From Octopus bimaculoides (Eukaryota), in NCBI RefSeq assembly GCF_001194135.2, contig NC_068985.1, positions 60,151,152 through 60,184,055 of the forward strand: 32,904 nucleotides of DNA, read 5' to 3'. Shown here piece after piece: positions 20,326 through 32,344 of this stretch. A program made the position numbers and the translations under genes. The notes beneath the pieces were generated by a model. That model did not search any database. It was not told the origin of the DNA and saw nothing but the letters and a program-made list of their open reading frames with translations. Every line of letters starts with the position of its first letter. The first letter of the stretch is position 1.

Positions 20326-20507
20326 TTCACTACATTGAGACACACACATACATACACATGCATACATAGTGTGGGTTTAGTACCTGTGTGAATTGCAGTT
20401 ATGAGAAGAAAATATTCAATAGCAAGATCATGCATGTATATATGTGTGTGAATGCATATATGTATGTATGTATGTATGCATGTATGTATGCATATGTATA
20501 TATATAT

Positions 20508-21440
20508 CATCATCATCATCATTGTCATTGTCGTTTAACGTTCGCTTTCCATGTTGGCATGGGTTGGACGGTTTGATTGAGGACTGGCAAGCCAGAAGGC
20601 TGTACCAGGCTCCAGTCTGGTCTGGCAGGGTTTCTACAGCTGGATGCCCTTCCTAATGCCAACCACTCTGAGCGTGTAGTGTGTGCTTTTTATGTGCCAC
20701 CAGCATGAGGGCTAGTCAGGCAGTACTGGCATCGAACATGCTTGAATGGTGCTTTTTACATGGCACCAGCACGGGTGCCAGTCAGGCAGTACTGGCATCT
20801 GCCATGACAATGACTTCACTTGACTCAACAGGTCTTTGCAAGCACAGTTTATTGCCCAATGATTGAAGGGTACTCTTAAATGGCACAGGCCATGGTTATG
20901 GTCTCACTTGTCTTGCCGGGTCTTTTCAAGTACAGCATATCTCCAAAGGTCTTGGTCACTTGTCATTGCCTCCATCAGGTCCAACATTTGAAGGTCGTGC
21001 TTCACCACCTCATCCTAAATCTTCCTGGATCTACCTCTTCTACAGAGCTGCCCTCATCCATAAGCGACTCATGACCATACCATCGCAGTTGTCTGTCTTG
21101 CACACCACATCTGATGCTTCTTATGTCCAACTTTTCTCTCAGGACGCTTACACTGTCATGTATGCACATTGACATTACACTTCCAGCGGAGCTTACTAGC
21201 TTCATTACTTGCAAGCTTATGCATGTCCTCAGCAGTCAAAGCCCATGTTTCACTGCTATGTAGCTTGGTTGTTCATACACATGCATCATACAGTCTACCT
21301 TTTACTCTGAATGAGAGGCCCTTTGTCACCAGCAGGAGTAGGAGCTCTCTGAACTTTGCCCAGGCTATTCTTATTCTAGCAGCTACACTATCAGAGCACC
21401 CACCCCTGCTACTGACTTTGTCACCTAGGTAACAGAAGCT
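20508..21440 (-). mobile_element. 5'-truncated RTE LINE: RT C-terminal region, 3' UTR, GAT tail
   Basis: YLGDKVSSRGGCSDSVAARIRIAWAKFRELLLLLVTKGLSFRVKGRLYDACV*TTKLHSSETWALT...LREKLDIRSIRCGVQDRQLRWYGH, with stops and frameshifts. Confidence 0.92.
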
Positions 21441-21734
21441 ATCAACTACTATATATATATAATTAGGAAGGCAGGCAAATCACAAATCCCATCAGATATA
21501 TGGCCCTGCTCAATCTGCAGAAAAAGGCTTAGGTGGAAACTCCATAAGATGTACCTGGTGTAAGCTATGGACACATAATGGGTGAGTAATATCAAAGGAA
21601 TGTTAACTGGGTAGATAGATTTTGTGTATAGCAGATGCACAGGGGGACAATAAACACCAAAGATATACAGAAAACAGATGCCATCACATGCCAGGGGAAA
21701 AAAACTAGAAGTAGTTGATAGCTTTCATTACCAT

Positions 21735-22022
21735 TCAAGCATAGTTGATGCCAGTGCTGCCTGACTGGCTCCTGTGCTGGTGGCACATAAAAGGCACCAT
21801 TCAAGCATAGATGTTGCCAGTGCTGCCTGACTGGCTCTATGCCAGTAGCACGTAAAAAGCACCAACTACACTCTCAGAGTGGTAGGTGTTGGGAAGGGCA
21901 TCCAGCTGTAGAAACCTTGCCAAACTAGATTGGAGTCTGGTGCAGCCTCCTAGCTTGCCAGTCCTCAGTCAAACCGTCCAACCCATGCCAGCATGGAAAG
22001 CAGACGTTAAATGATGATGATG
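21735..22022 (+). mobile_element. RTE-type 3' UTR with GAT tail
   Basis: Ends aacccatgccagcatggaaagcagacgttaaatgatgatgat. Confidence 0.85.
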
Positions 22023-22059
22023 TATGTATGCATGCAGCTAGCTAAGAAGAGAGAGAGAG

Positions 22060-22235
22060 AGACAGAGGCTTCCAGATAGTTTCCCCTGTAACAAATTCCA
22101 TTCATAAGCCATTATCTAACCAAAACTATACTAAAAGACTGTAGTCTAAGGCGCTATACAGGGGAATTGAACCCTGAATCCTATGGTTGCAAAACAAAAC
22201 TTCTTAACTACATAGCTATTGATGCAACTAATTGT
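22060..22235 (-). mobile_element. Degenerate SINE head (family B-like)
   Basis: aaattccattcataagcc...gaattgaaccctgaatcctatggttgcaaaacaaaacttcttaac. Confidence 0.55.
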
Positions 22236-22644
22236 TTGGCTTTCGAACAAAGTCACAACAAGATCATGAAACCAACTGGAATTTGTGTTTTCATTGTATA
22301 TTAAAACCATCACTCTATTTATGGATATACCAAGGCTTGTGGCCATTGATAAGTTACTGTCATAGCTATTGTGGCCATTGATAGGTCACTGTCATGGTAT
22401 GGTTTATAGTTAGCAGCTTTCTTCAGGTAGACAGTAAAACTGGCATTTTGTTTATAAAGTGGAGGCAAGGGTAGTTGAAATTATTGCATTATAATACATC
22501 TCTACTGACCAAGTTCATTAATAACACAGAGTAAAATAGTTTCAGCCTAAAATGGAAACTGGGATAACGAATTTGTTTACCAGAGTCTTCTATTCTACAG
22601 CTGTGACACATATTTCACCTAAGTGTGAATTTTAAAAATATAAA

Positions 22645-22800
22645 CATGCATAGCTCTGTGTTAAGAAGTTTTCCACCCAACCACAAGTGTCTGAGTTTAG
22701 TCCCACTACATGGCACTTTGGACAAGTGTCTTCACTCTAGCCTGAACTAAAACTTAGTGAGTAGATTTGGTAGGCAGAAACTGAAAGAAGCCTGACATAT
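22645..22800 (+). mobile_element. SINE head (family B)
   Basis: gtgttaagaagtttt...gagtttagtcccactacatggcactttggacaagtgtcttc...gaaactgaaagaagcc. Confidence 0.7.
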
Positions 22801-23148
22801 TTATGTATATATATAAGTGGAAAGAAGGGCAACAATGTTATTTGTCTATCTCCTTAACTCCTTGGAGATTTTAGGCAAAATTATACTAATGTGTCCATCT
22901 GTTTTAATTTAATTAAATTCTATGTTGTTGTGCAGCTGATGATTGCTCTGCATTTAAATTGATGTAATGGTTGCATTGTTCAATTAAATGGAGTTGCGTG
23001 AAACGATCGTACTGCATTACCTCTGGATATCCTTGTTTCTTATTTTGCTTTTAATCACCTTATTTTGAAATTGTATGGATAATACTATACTAAATTCTGG
23101 TGCCTCAATTTAAGTACCATATTCATCTGAATCTAAATTTTTGCTGAA

Positions 23149-23184
<36 letters not shown>

Positions 23185-23190
<6 letters not shown>

Positions 23191-23560
23191 GGTGTGGCTG
23201 TGTGGTAACAAGTTTGCTTCCTGACCACATGGTCCCAGGTTTAGTCACATTGCATGGCACTTTGAGCAATAAACTTGTGCTGACCATAGCCATGTGAATG
23301 GATTTGTGTGTGTGTATGTATATATATACATGTATATGTGTGTATGTGTACCTTTATATCTGTGTTAATCCCCCCACCACCACTTAACAGCCAGTGTTGG
23401 CGTGTTTATGACCATCTAACTTAGCGATTTAGCAAAAGAGTCCAATAGAATAGTACCAGGCTTAAAGACATAACTACTGGGGTTGATTCATTTGATTATA
23501 ATTCTTCAAAGTGATGCCCCTACATGGCCATAGTTTAACAACTGAAATAAGTAAAAGCTA
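23185..23560 (+). mobile_element. SINE (family B), degenerate
   Basis: gcacaggtgtggctgtgtggtaacaagtttgcttcc...catggccatagtttaacaactgaaataagtaaaag; preceded by (TA)n at about 23143-23185. Confidence 0.8.
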
Positions 23561-24294
23561 AAACAAAAACACTGGATAAGATTTGCTGGCCACAGCTATT
23601 TTGCTGAACACCAAGTCATTATTGGTTGTTATATTTTGGAGGCTTCAGCCTAACAGAGGATGAAGAGCCCTCATCTGCATTGATGTTATTGGCTGAGAAA
23701 CCCCGCATGAAACTGAATGAGAGGTAGAGATCCTTGTTGTTACAGTGTGGTGAAAAACATTTTATTTACAACCACCTTTAAAAGAACAAAATGAAAAATA
23801 GTGCCTGTATTACTTGAAAATAAGAATGGTAAGGGAGCTAGTACAGCTCTTTACCATTTGAGCCAACTCTGCTGCAGAACACTTGACAAATAATCAATAT
23901 CAAAATGTTGATGGTAGAGACATACATCTAATCATTTAAACAAAAAATGTTGTAGATGGTGATTCTAGTTGTTTGTTGGAACTAATAATCAAACAAAGAG
24001 AGTACCACAAGTGCAGAAGAATATTTTGGCAAGCTTATCTTCTGGAGCTTTATTAACGGAACAATTAGTTGAAAGCTAATCAAATTTAAAACTAGACCAC
24101 TTCTACAATATTCCATATTGGTGTGACTCTAAAATCAATTATTACATGAAAATGAAGTCTAGAATGAAGCACTCTTTAGTAATCAGTATATTAAAAAAAA
24201 GAAAAAAATCCATTTGCCTTGAATTTATGGGATCTATAATTCATCATAGTCACAAGATGGTTTATATATAGATATATATGTTTTTTTACATCAA

Positions 24295-24660
24295 TTCAGT
24301 GCTTGACCGGAACTTTTTTCAATGACCCTAAAAGGCTCGGTGGGATTTGAACTCAGAATGTACAGGCAGGTGAAATACTAAGCATTTTATCTGGCACAAT
24401 AACAATTCTGCTAGTTCATTACCTAAATAATAATAAGAGTAATAATCCTTTCTACTATAGCACAAAGCCTGAAATTTTGGGGGAGAGGTTAAGTCAATTA
24501 CATTGACCCCAGTACTCAACTGGTACTTAATTTATCGACCTCAAAAGGATGAAAGGCAAAGTTGACCTTGGCGGAATTTGAACTCAGAATGTAGCAGCTG
24601 ACAAAATACTGCTAAGCATTTCATCCAGTGTACTAATTATTCAGTCAGCTCACCACCTTA
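24295..24660 (-). mobile_element. Two tandem copies of SINE family C
   Basis: atttgaactcagaatgta...aaatact(a/gc)taagcattt occurs twice (about 24345 and 24575). Confidence 0.75.
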
Positions 24661-24984
24661 ATAATAATAATAATAATAAAGATAATAATAATTGAGTACA
24701 AAAATTATGGAAATATTCGTGGAGACTAACTGAACTCACAATAAAAGTCATTGATAATGTGCAGTGACTTTAGGGTTAAAGTTTGCAAAAAAGTTGAATG
24801 TGGAAATGTCATTAAGATGTGTTTCTTGCTTGGCACCATTTTCCTTAATTAAGCAAAATAGACTATTTGTCTCAACCAACTAAAAAGTTCAGATAAATTA
24901 TACCTAATTAATGGAAAATATATAACATTCATCTCGTGATTGCTGTACATCAGTTTTAAAGTGTCTTCGTGATGTTTCTTATCA

Positions 24985-25155
24985 TAATCATCATTTAATG
25001 TCAGTTTTTCATGCTGGTTTGGGTTGAGGATCTGGTGAAGCAGAGGACTGCACCATGTACCAAAGCCTGCTTTGGCATGGTTTCTATAGTTGGATGTCCT
25101 TCCTAACACCAAGTACTTCACATAGTGTACTGGGTGCTTTTCACATGGCACTGGT
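24985..25155 (-). mobile_element. Degenerate RTE-type 3' end
   Basis: catcatttaatgtcagtttttcatgctgg...ggatgtccttcctaacacc. Confidence 0.7.
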
Positions 25156-25254
25156 ATAAGTAAGGAAAACCAAATAATTCACAAGACAAGACCCTCTCAA
25201 ATAAGAATGGGAAAAAGTATTGAGGAAGATAGCTTTATGCTCAGTGTTGAGATA

Positions 25255-25482
25255 TTAATCATTTAGCATTTAAACCAGCCATATCCAGCCAAAATATTCT
25301 ACCTGTTTTATGTCCAAACTAACTAGATCTAGCCTCTGACACCAACCTTACGATATCATTCTCGAAATGAACAGTTACCTCATCAAAATCTCAAAACTAC
25401 AAGACAATGCTGAATTAATTCAAAACAATGAGAATGAATAAGTATTACATTTGACAGAATAATGTGAATGCTAAAGGGTTAA
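25255..25482. mobile_element. TTAA-flanked MITE (piggyBac-like termini)
   Basis: TTAA at 25255-25258 and 25479-25482; TIRs tcatttagcattt versus gaatgctaaaggg (reverse complement ccctttagcattc). Confidence 0.65.
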
Positions 25483-25639
25483 AGTATGGCAGAGGGACAG
25501 GAACAGGTGTCTTGCTGTAGTTGAGATATATGTTTACTCCATCTGGAAATGAGAATAGAGGTGAAGATGTGTCAAGGTGTAGCCTCAAGTTACAGAAAAG
25601 TGAATGGGTAGGCAAGTTTGCAAGTCGGTTTCAACTATA

Positions 25640-25940
25640 AGTATTCAGTTGTTTAATCAACTGCACTATATATTCCTTGCATCAGTATAAAAGTGGTTGA
25701 GTATTCCACTGACACATGTGTCCATAATATAATTCTCAAGCAAAATCAATGTGACACAGTACATAAGGCTGGACCTTTGAATTACAAGTACAGTTCATTT
25801 GAAGGGCCTCCTCACAGCCTCCATCTGCCCAGTTTCCCTCACAAGCCTTGGGTTAACCCAAGAAATTTTATAAGATGTCAATCAGTGAGATAGAACCCAA
25901 AAGCTCATGACTGCAAAGCAAACCATTTAACCACTCAGCT
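25640..25940 (-). mobile_element. SINE (family D), degenerate
   Basis: gtggttgagtattccactgacacatgtgtcc...ggacctttgaattacaag, matching 20020-20325. Confidence 0.7.
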
Positions 25941-26334
25941 AGAATGTGTTTTCTTTATAAATGTCTGACCTTGTAGCAATATAAAAACAAGAATCAACAT
26001 TATTATAATTTACTCTATTAGCTTTAAACATTAATATTCTAAAATGTATTTTAATAAAATGTGTTTCTAAAGTGTTTGATTTATTGAAATACATTAATTG
26101 ATTGTGTTTGATTTGAGTCAATCAGGTATTGATATATTCCAGTGATATTAGCTTTTGATTGTTAGAATAAAAAAAAAATTATTGTAAATGTTAAATAACA
26201 AAATATGAATGTCAATAATATTGTTTAGTAGAATATTTTTTTAAATGGTTTAGCAAGAGGAGCATCCATAATACTTTCCAGGATCTCTGTGACTGTTGGG
26301 AGGAAGAGCATAAATTTTAAAGATGTTAAATAAT

Positions 26335-26800
26335 ATGACATAACTAACGACATAGCTGGAATGTGTCAGGATAACTATTATGGTTCATGAGGGGATGCTG
26401 AAAACTTCCTGGTTTTCAGGGTATCACAAAAGGCCTGGTTGTGGGCCCAACCTCCCGAATTCTTTTACAGAGCTTAGAAAAACTGAAGGACTGCTGTAAT
26501 AAGTGTGTGAATCTGAGAGGAAAATATGTTGAACAAAATCGTAATTAACTGATCCTCCTGTATTTTCTTTTACCCAAAGCCAAAAACTTTTCAGCACCCC
26601 CTCACAACTACCAAAACAACCAATATGACGCATAACTATTAGAACATAACTAATGTGACATAACTTATGACATAGCTGTGACATATCAGCTATGATATAA
26701 CTATCTTGACAATTAATATGACTTTGCTATGATATAACTATTAAGATGCATCTATAATATCATAACTATCATAACACAATAAATATAACATAACTATGAA
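26335..26800. repeat. Degenerate short-period (about 10-12 bp) repeat, (a/g)tgacataact-like, interrupted by a mariner MITE
   Basis: gacataacta, gacatagctg and gatataacta variants on both sides of 26388-26604. Confidence 0.6.
26388..26604 (+). mobile_element. Short mariner deletion derivative with transposase C-terminus
   Basis: TIRs tgaggggatgctgaaaactt and aacttttcagcaccccctca (18/20 identical); internal LEKLKDCCNKCVNLRGKYVEQ matches the mariner C-terminal KL..RW.KC....G.YVE motif. Confidence 0.85.
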
Positions 26801-27104
26801 ATACAGCTATGTATATACAGACACAACTACAGAGAAAGGGAATGGGAAAGAGAGTGAAAGGAGTGCTGCATTTCTTTATTACTATTGCTTTTATGAAGGC
26901 AGAAAGCACATTAAACCAAATGTTTCATCAATCTTTGCATTTCAAGTACCAATTCCATTAAGGTCATCTGTGCCTTTCATTCTTTTGGAGTTGATAAAAT
27001 AAGTAACAATTGAGCATTGCAGTTTATGTAATCAACTGCCCTACTCCCTGCAAATTTCAGGCCTTGTGCCTATAGTAGGGATAATTATTATTATCAACAT
27101 GGCA

Positions 27105-27420
27105 AAGATGGTGAGCTAGCAGAATCATTAGCAAGCTGGGCATAATGCTTAGTGACATTTCTTTTGATTTTATATCCTGAGTTCAAATTCTGTTGAGGTC
27201 AGCTTTACCTTTCGTCTTTCCAGGGTCAATAAAATAAGTACCAGTTGAGCACCAGGGTCAATATTATCAACTAGTAGAAAGGATTATTGTTAAGGTGGCA
27301 AGCTAATTAAATCATTAGAGTATTAGAAAAAATGCCTCGTGGTATTTTTTCAAGCTTTTCATACTTTAAATTCAAATTCATCCCTCAAAAAATACTGGTC
27401 TTGTGCTTAAATTTAGAAAG
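27105..27420 (+). mobile_element. Two copies of SINE family C
   Basis: ggtgagctagcagaatcattagcaagctgggcataatgcttag...ctgagttcaaattc...aataagtaccagttgagcacc; second, decayed copy from about 27293. Confidence 0.75.
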
Positions 27421-27744
27421 AATTATTATTACTTAAAGCTAGAACAAACTTGTATCCGTAGTTTAGCAATGGTAATAGAAAAACACAAAATTTTAAACAG
27501 AAAATAATAGGCCTGCTTTATTTATGCATGTGTGGATGTGCGAAAATGTGTCTTTCTAAATATCCATCTCAAATTCCTTCTTGGCTGGGATTAGTCTCTT
27601 GTTAGTTGTTGTTGTTGCTGCTTAGCCCTAGGACAGCTCTGATCAAGTAACCCTATGATCAAAGGTATTTCACCCTTGACGATTCTATCTTTATTTTTCA
27701 GGTTTTATTTAAGTAAATTTCCTTTTCAATATTACATTGGATTT

Positions 27745-27960
27745 TTTGTGGCAAGCTGACAAAGTCATTAGCACACTGGGCAAAATGCTTAGTGGTATTT
27801 CATCCATCTTTACATTTTGTTGAGGTTGACTTTGCTTTTGTCCTTTTGAGTTCAATAATATAAGTACCGGTTGAGCACTGGAGTCACTGTAATCAACTTA
27901 ACCCTTGCTCCAAACTTGCTGACCTTGTACCAAAATTTAAAACCAATATTACTATAGATT
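27745..27960 (+). mobile_element. SINE family C
   Basis: gtggcaagctgac...gcaaaatgcttagtggtattt...taagtaccggttgagcactggagtc. Confidence 0.75.
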
Positions 27961-28537
27961 TTAACAATGAAATTCTTGTAATGATGGGGAATGTAGCTGC
28001 TACTTCTTGCATATTGGGCGACAACAGTACAGATACCCATACACTCTTCTATCTTAAAAAGACAATGTAATCTTAGATTCACTCAATGGCAAAACAGTTT
28101 TTGGCTAAAGTTTCTCTAATCAAAAACTGGGAACTAAATATCAACAACAAACTAATAACACTTAAAAGACCCAAGAATGACTGAGAGCATCTCTCTGTGA
28201 TCTAAGTATTTATTCCCTACAGCACAGTGGACTTGCATATCTTTGGAGAACAACTGGATATTCCCAGAGAAAGCACGCATATTCTTTAGACAATCTATTT
28301 CTGCTATTTAACCATTAATTAAACTATTATAAGTAATTACAGATATGTAGTTGATAATCATAATCATTTCATTTGTCAAACTAAAAGATCAATGCTTTAA
28401 AAAAATGCATATAATTGTTTAAATCGGTGTGTCCATCCTTCTACATATTTTATCAATATATAAGAACATGTAACATACAGCTAGCCTAATGAGATTTTAA
28501 CTCTAAAATAAGAATGAATGAATGTCATTGCAAAATC

Positions 28538-28706
28538 TGTATGTATGTATGTATGTATGTATGTATGTATGCATATGTATATACATATGTGTGTGTGTCT
28601 GCATACGTATGTATATATTTTTATATATATATTTATGCATGCATGAATATATATGCATGTATGTATGTATGTGTGTATACATATATATACACATGTGTGT
28701 ATATAA

Positions 28707-28767
<61 letters not shown>

Positions 28768-28825
28768 CATATATGTATGTATATACATATATATGAATGC
28801 ATGTATGTACATATGTATGTATCTA
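28538..28825. repeat. Compound (TATG)n/(TA)n microsatellite
   Basis: Seen directly; source of the Y/I/M/C-rich ORFs at 28503-28870. Confidence 0.95.
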
Positions 28826-28851
28826 TGGATAAGGTTATTTCTTTTACTTAC

Positions 28852-28906
28852 CTGCACCAGTAACAGCTAAAGTTAAAACCAAACATGTAATAATTCTGTC
28901 AAGCAT
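28852..28906 (-). CDS. Candidate first coding exon encoding a signal-peptide-like N-terminus ([18 protein letters not shown])
   Basis: ATG with A at -3, in-frame stop upstream, hydrophobic core with small residues at the end, consensus donor CAG|GTAAGT in phase 1. Possible acceptor tattattttattgcag at 29196-29197. Confidence 0.4.
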
Positions 28907-29369
28907 TGTCAGCCGTAATTCAAGTTCCACTGTCTTTCCAGTTTGACTTTAGTTTTGCTTATCTTCAGTTTATGTTTGCACAACGAAACTTGTACTTAAC
29001 ACAACCAAAACAACTCAACCTATCCTATTATTTCCATAATTATCATTCCACAACAAGCCCAATTTTCTCCCTACGACATCCACCAACAGGAAATTTGAAT
29101 CACTTTCTGAAGTAGTCACTATCATAGATCTTTGTTGACAGAAGGTTCAAACAATATAATATCCTCAACTTGAACATTTAATCGCTCTGGTGTGTCTGCA
29201 ATAAAATAATATTCTAACAAATGCAGACAAACAAACATTAAAATAATGGTGTTGGAAGAGTAACAAGCAATGATAAAACTTCAGTATATTCCTTCTTGAC
29301 AATGAAGGATATCCCTATGTAGTGGACTGACCTGCTAAAAATAGTAGACAAATCTCCTTCACGTCTTTA

Positions 29370-29795
29370 AAAAGTTGTGTGGTAAGAAGTTTGCTTCCCA
29401 ACCACATGGTTCCAAGTTCAGTCTTACTGTGTGGTACCTTGGGCAAGGGTCTTCTACTGTAGCCTTGAGATGACCAAAGACTTGTGAGTGGATTTGGTAG
29501 AAGGAAACTGAAAGAAGCCCATTGCATGTGTGTTTGTGTGTGTGTGTGCGTGCGTATGTGTGTGTGTGTGTGTGTGAGTACATATGTGTCCTTGTGTATG
29601 TGTTTGTCTCCCACCACTGCTTGACAACCAGTGTTGGTGTGTTTATGTCCCCATAACTTAACAGTTCGGCGAGAGTGACCAATAGAATAAGTACTATGCT
29701 TTAAAAAAAGGAAGTACTGGGGTCAATTCATTTAGCTAAGAATTCTTCAGGGAAATGCCCCAGTCTAATGACTGAAACAAGTAAAAAGTAAAAAA
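29370..29795 (+). mobile_element. SINE (family B), nearly full length, with internal (TG)n
   Basis: gtgtggtaagaagtttgcttcccaaccacatggttccaagttcagtc...aatgactgaaacaagtaaaaagtaaaa. Confidence 0.9.
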
Positions 29796-29819
29796 TATCA
29801 AGCTAACTGAATTCATAGT

Positions 29820-30048
29820 TGTGGCCAATGCTGATGTGACATAGCTGGCACCCATGCCGGTGGCAGATTAGAACCACCCATTACACTCTTGGAGTGGTTG
29901 GCATTAGGAAGGGCATTCAACCATAGAAACCATACCAAATCAGACTGGAACCTGGTGCAGCTCTCTGGCTTACCAATCAGACCATCTAACTCATGTCAGC
30001 ATGGAAAGCATACATTAAATGATGATGAAGAAGATGATGATGATGATG
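29820..30048 (+). mobile_element. RTE-type 3' UTR with GAT tail
   Basis: cacccattacactcttggagtggttggcattaggaagggc...agcatggaaagcatacattaaatgatgatgaag. Confidence 0.8.
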
Positions 30049-30114
30049 CAGCTAAAATAAATAAATAAATAAAATGGAATGGTCACAGGTATGGAATTGA
30101 CAAAATTATTAAAG

Positions 30115-30260
30115 CATCAGGCAGAGTGGCTGTAGTTTTTACTTACAATCTTTTACATTCTGAGCTCAAATCTCACTGAGGGCAGCTTTGCTTTCTATCC
30201 TTCTAGAGGTCAATTAAAGTAAAGAATTAGTCAAATACTGGAGTAGATTATACCAATAAC
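30115..30260 (+). mobile_element. Degenerate SINE family C
   Basis: ttacattctgagctcaaatctcactgagggcagctttgctttctatccttc. Confidence 0.55.
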
Positions 30261-30444
30261 ATATTGTAGATATGGAGAGAATTATAATAGAAGAGCCTGA
30301 AATGCTGTTGATCACAGATTTTTTTCTGGATCAGAGCTCACTTAGGTCTAAACAACAATAAGAAATTCTTTTTAATAAATTAATATATTCTACTGGCTAT
30401 ATACTTTTTTTTACTTTGTTTTCATATTCTACACTTATATATTT

Positions 30445-32028
30445 CTAGCAGAAATACCAGGCGTTGCCCGTGTTACATGCAATTGAAGAATTAGACTTTT
30501 CTGTTATATTTTCTCTAATGAACTGGAATTTCATCAAAATTTCAGATGAGGGTTCTTTCCCTCATTACACACCCTAAAAAAATATCTAATCATGACACAT
30601 GTATCCCATACTACTGATCTTTATGCGCAAATTCCAAAATTCCAGTCTTATGGAACCTGTTAAAAGGATTTTGCTCCTGAAAAATGAAGATCATGGAGCT
30701 CTGAAATGTGGGAGTTAAGGCCCCTATTGGAGGTGGGTGTCTTAATGTCAACCAGAGATGTTGAATTGTTGAGAATCTTTTTAACTTGGGTCTTATATCT
30801 ATTGTTTGAATTTCTTTGAAATAGGAAATATATGTATGTTCACTGGGTTTGTAAAAGAGAGCAAAGCTACAGGAAACCAAAAGACGAATGATCACAATAA
30901 GCAGTCAGCTACCCTACCCTAGTTGTAACCACTCCCCAATGTAGAATTCCTCACCATACAGGTGAGAGGCACAGCCATAAGATGAAGGGCGTGACCTGAC
31001 TCAAACATTAACAACTGTGTGACATGAGGGCTAAGAGGAAATGAAAGTGTCGCCTCTGGAGTTTGCAAATGACCACTATACTGAAAGGTAACTGGACAGA
31101 ATAAATTTACAATCTATAAATGTCTTTGAATAACCAGTCACTCATCTGGGAAGGCCTTGGAATCAATGTTACCATCTGGGGACTATGTTTGACCCAGTTA
31201 TAATAAAAAGACTCAAAGGAGGTCTGCAACCAAATAACTTTACTGAACACTTTGCAACTGAATCAGTGGAGGCAAAGATGCCTCTCATTTACTTGACAAT
31301 TTATACTCCACATTGCAGAAATCACAATGTAAGTATATCTCAAAGCCAACTCTTACACTGTTGTACCATTGAATTACAAATAATGCTCATCTTTTATGCT
31401 TGGGTGACCCTACAGCTTCCAAGAGTACAACTAAATTCATCTTTGCTTAGATAAAATGACTAAATTGTGGGTGTTAAGTCCCCATGAAGATGAAATTTTA
31501 GACATATTACTTCATTCATGTCTAATATCTATGGTTAAAATTTCATCAACAGCAAAAATATATAAATTTTCATTGGGGTTATGGCCCTTATGCATAGAAT
31601 ATAATTTCCAAATTTCATAAAGATCCATTTAGTACTTTTGACATAGTTTTGGATAATAAAATATGACTAAAATTTGAGAGTTAAGGCCCCCATTAGGGGG
31701 TCTTAGAAACCTGATGAGAAGTGGAAACTTTGAGAATACTTGTTGATGTGTGTCAATTACCCATGGTTGAAATTTCATCAACATTAAAAATTTATGAATT
31801 TTCATGGGGGTTCTGCCCCCTTTTAAGCCATCTGAAATTCAAAGCAAACATACTGTATTATACCTGCCCTTATGCATTGAATGTAAGTTCCAAACATCAT
31901 AAGGACTGGTCCATGAAATTGTATGAAACACACAGCATTACCCTTCTCCTTCTCATTAGGATCGGTGCAGTAGTTTTTGAATGTATAAATAACACACGAA
32001 CACACATAAAGACATTGACTTTTATATA
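30445..32028 (-). mobile_element. Non-autonomous Helitron-like element containing an unrelated segment of about 550 bp
   Basis: Minus-strand 3' end acacgggcaacgcctggtatttctgCTAG; other end acattgacttttatataat; internal duplicate gagttaaggcccc at about 30712 and 31678. No Rep/helicase coding seen. Confidence 0.55.
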
Positions 32029-32031
32029 ATA

Positions 32032-32150
32032 GTAGCAGTATAGCCCGGCTTTGCCCAGGATTAAATTGGGATTATTAAGCTAATCAAGTTCTTTATTTCA
32101 AACCAAACTAAGTAACATTGACGTCAAATTTGGGCAGAATCAGTGTCGCG
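32032..32150 (-). mobile_element. Second Helitron-like 3' terminus abutting the first element
   Basis: Minus strand cctgggcaaagccgggctatactgCTAC: hairpin plus a CTAG variant. Confidence 0.55.
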
Positions 32151-32344
32151 ATGGGAGTGGATGGGTTGGGAGTTTAATAGGCAGAGGTGATCCGGTTACA
32201 CATGCCAGTCCTTTGAAAACACCACTGCCATCATCTAACCCTTCTTTGCCCATGGGCTGGGAACCCTTCCAGCAAGGAAAATAGAATGCCCAAAAGGGCT
32301 CCCGATTCTCTGTGTCAGAAGCAGTTATGTTCAGATCACAACTA

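Noticed and set aside
28503-28870. Overlapping Y/I/M/C/V-rich ORFs (also 9021-9248, 20289-20656, 32459-32719)
   Set aside because: Stop-free microsatellite translations.
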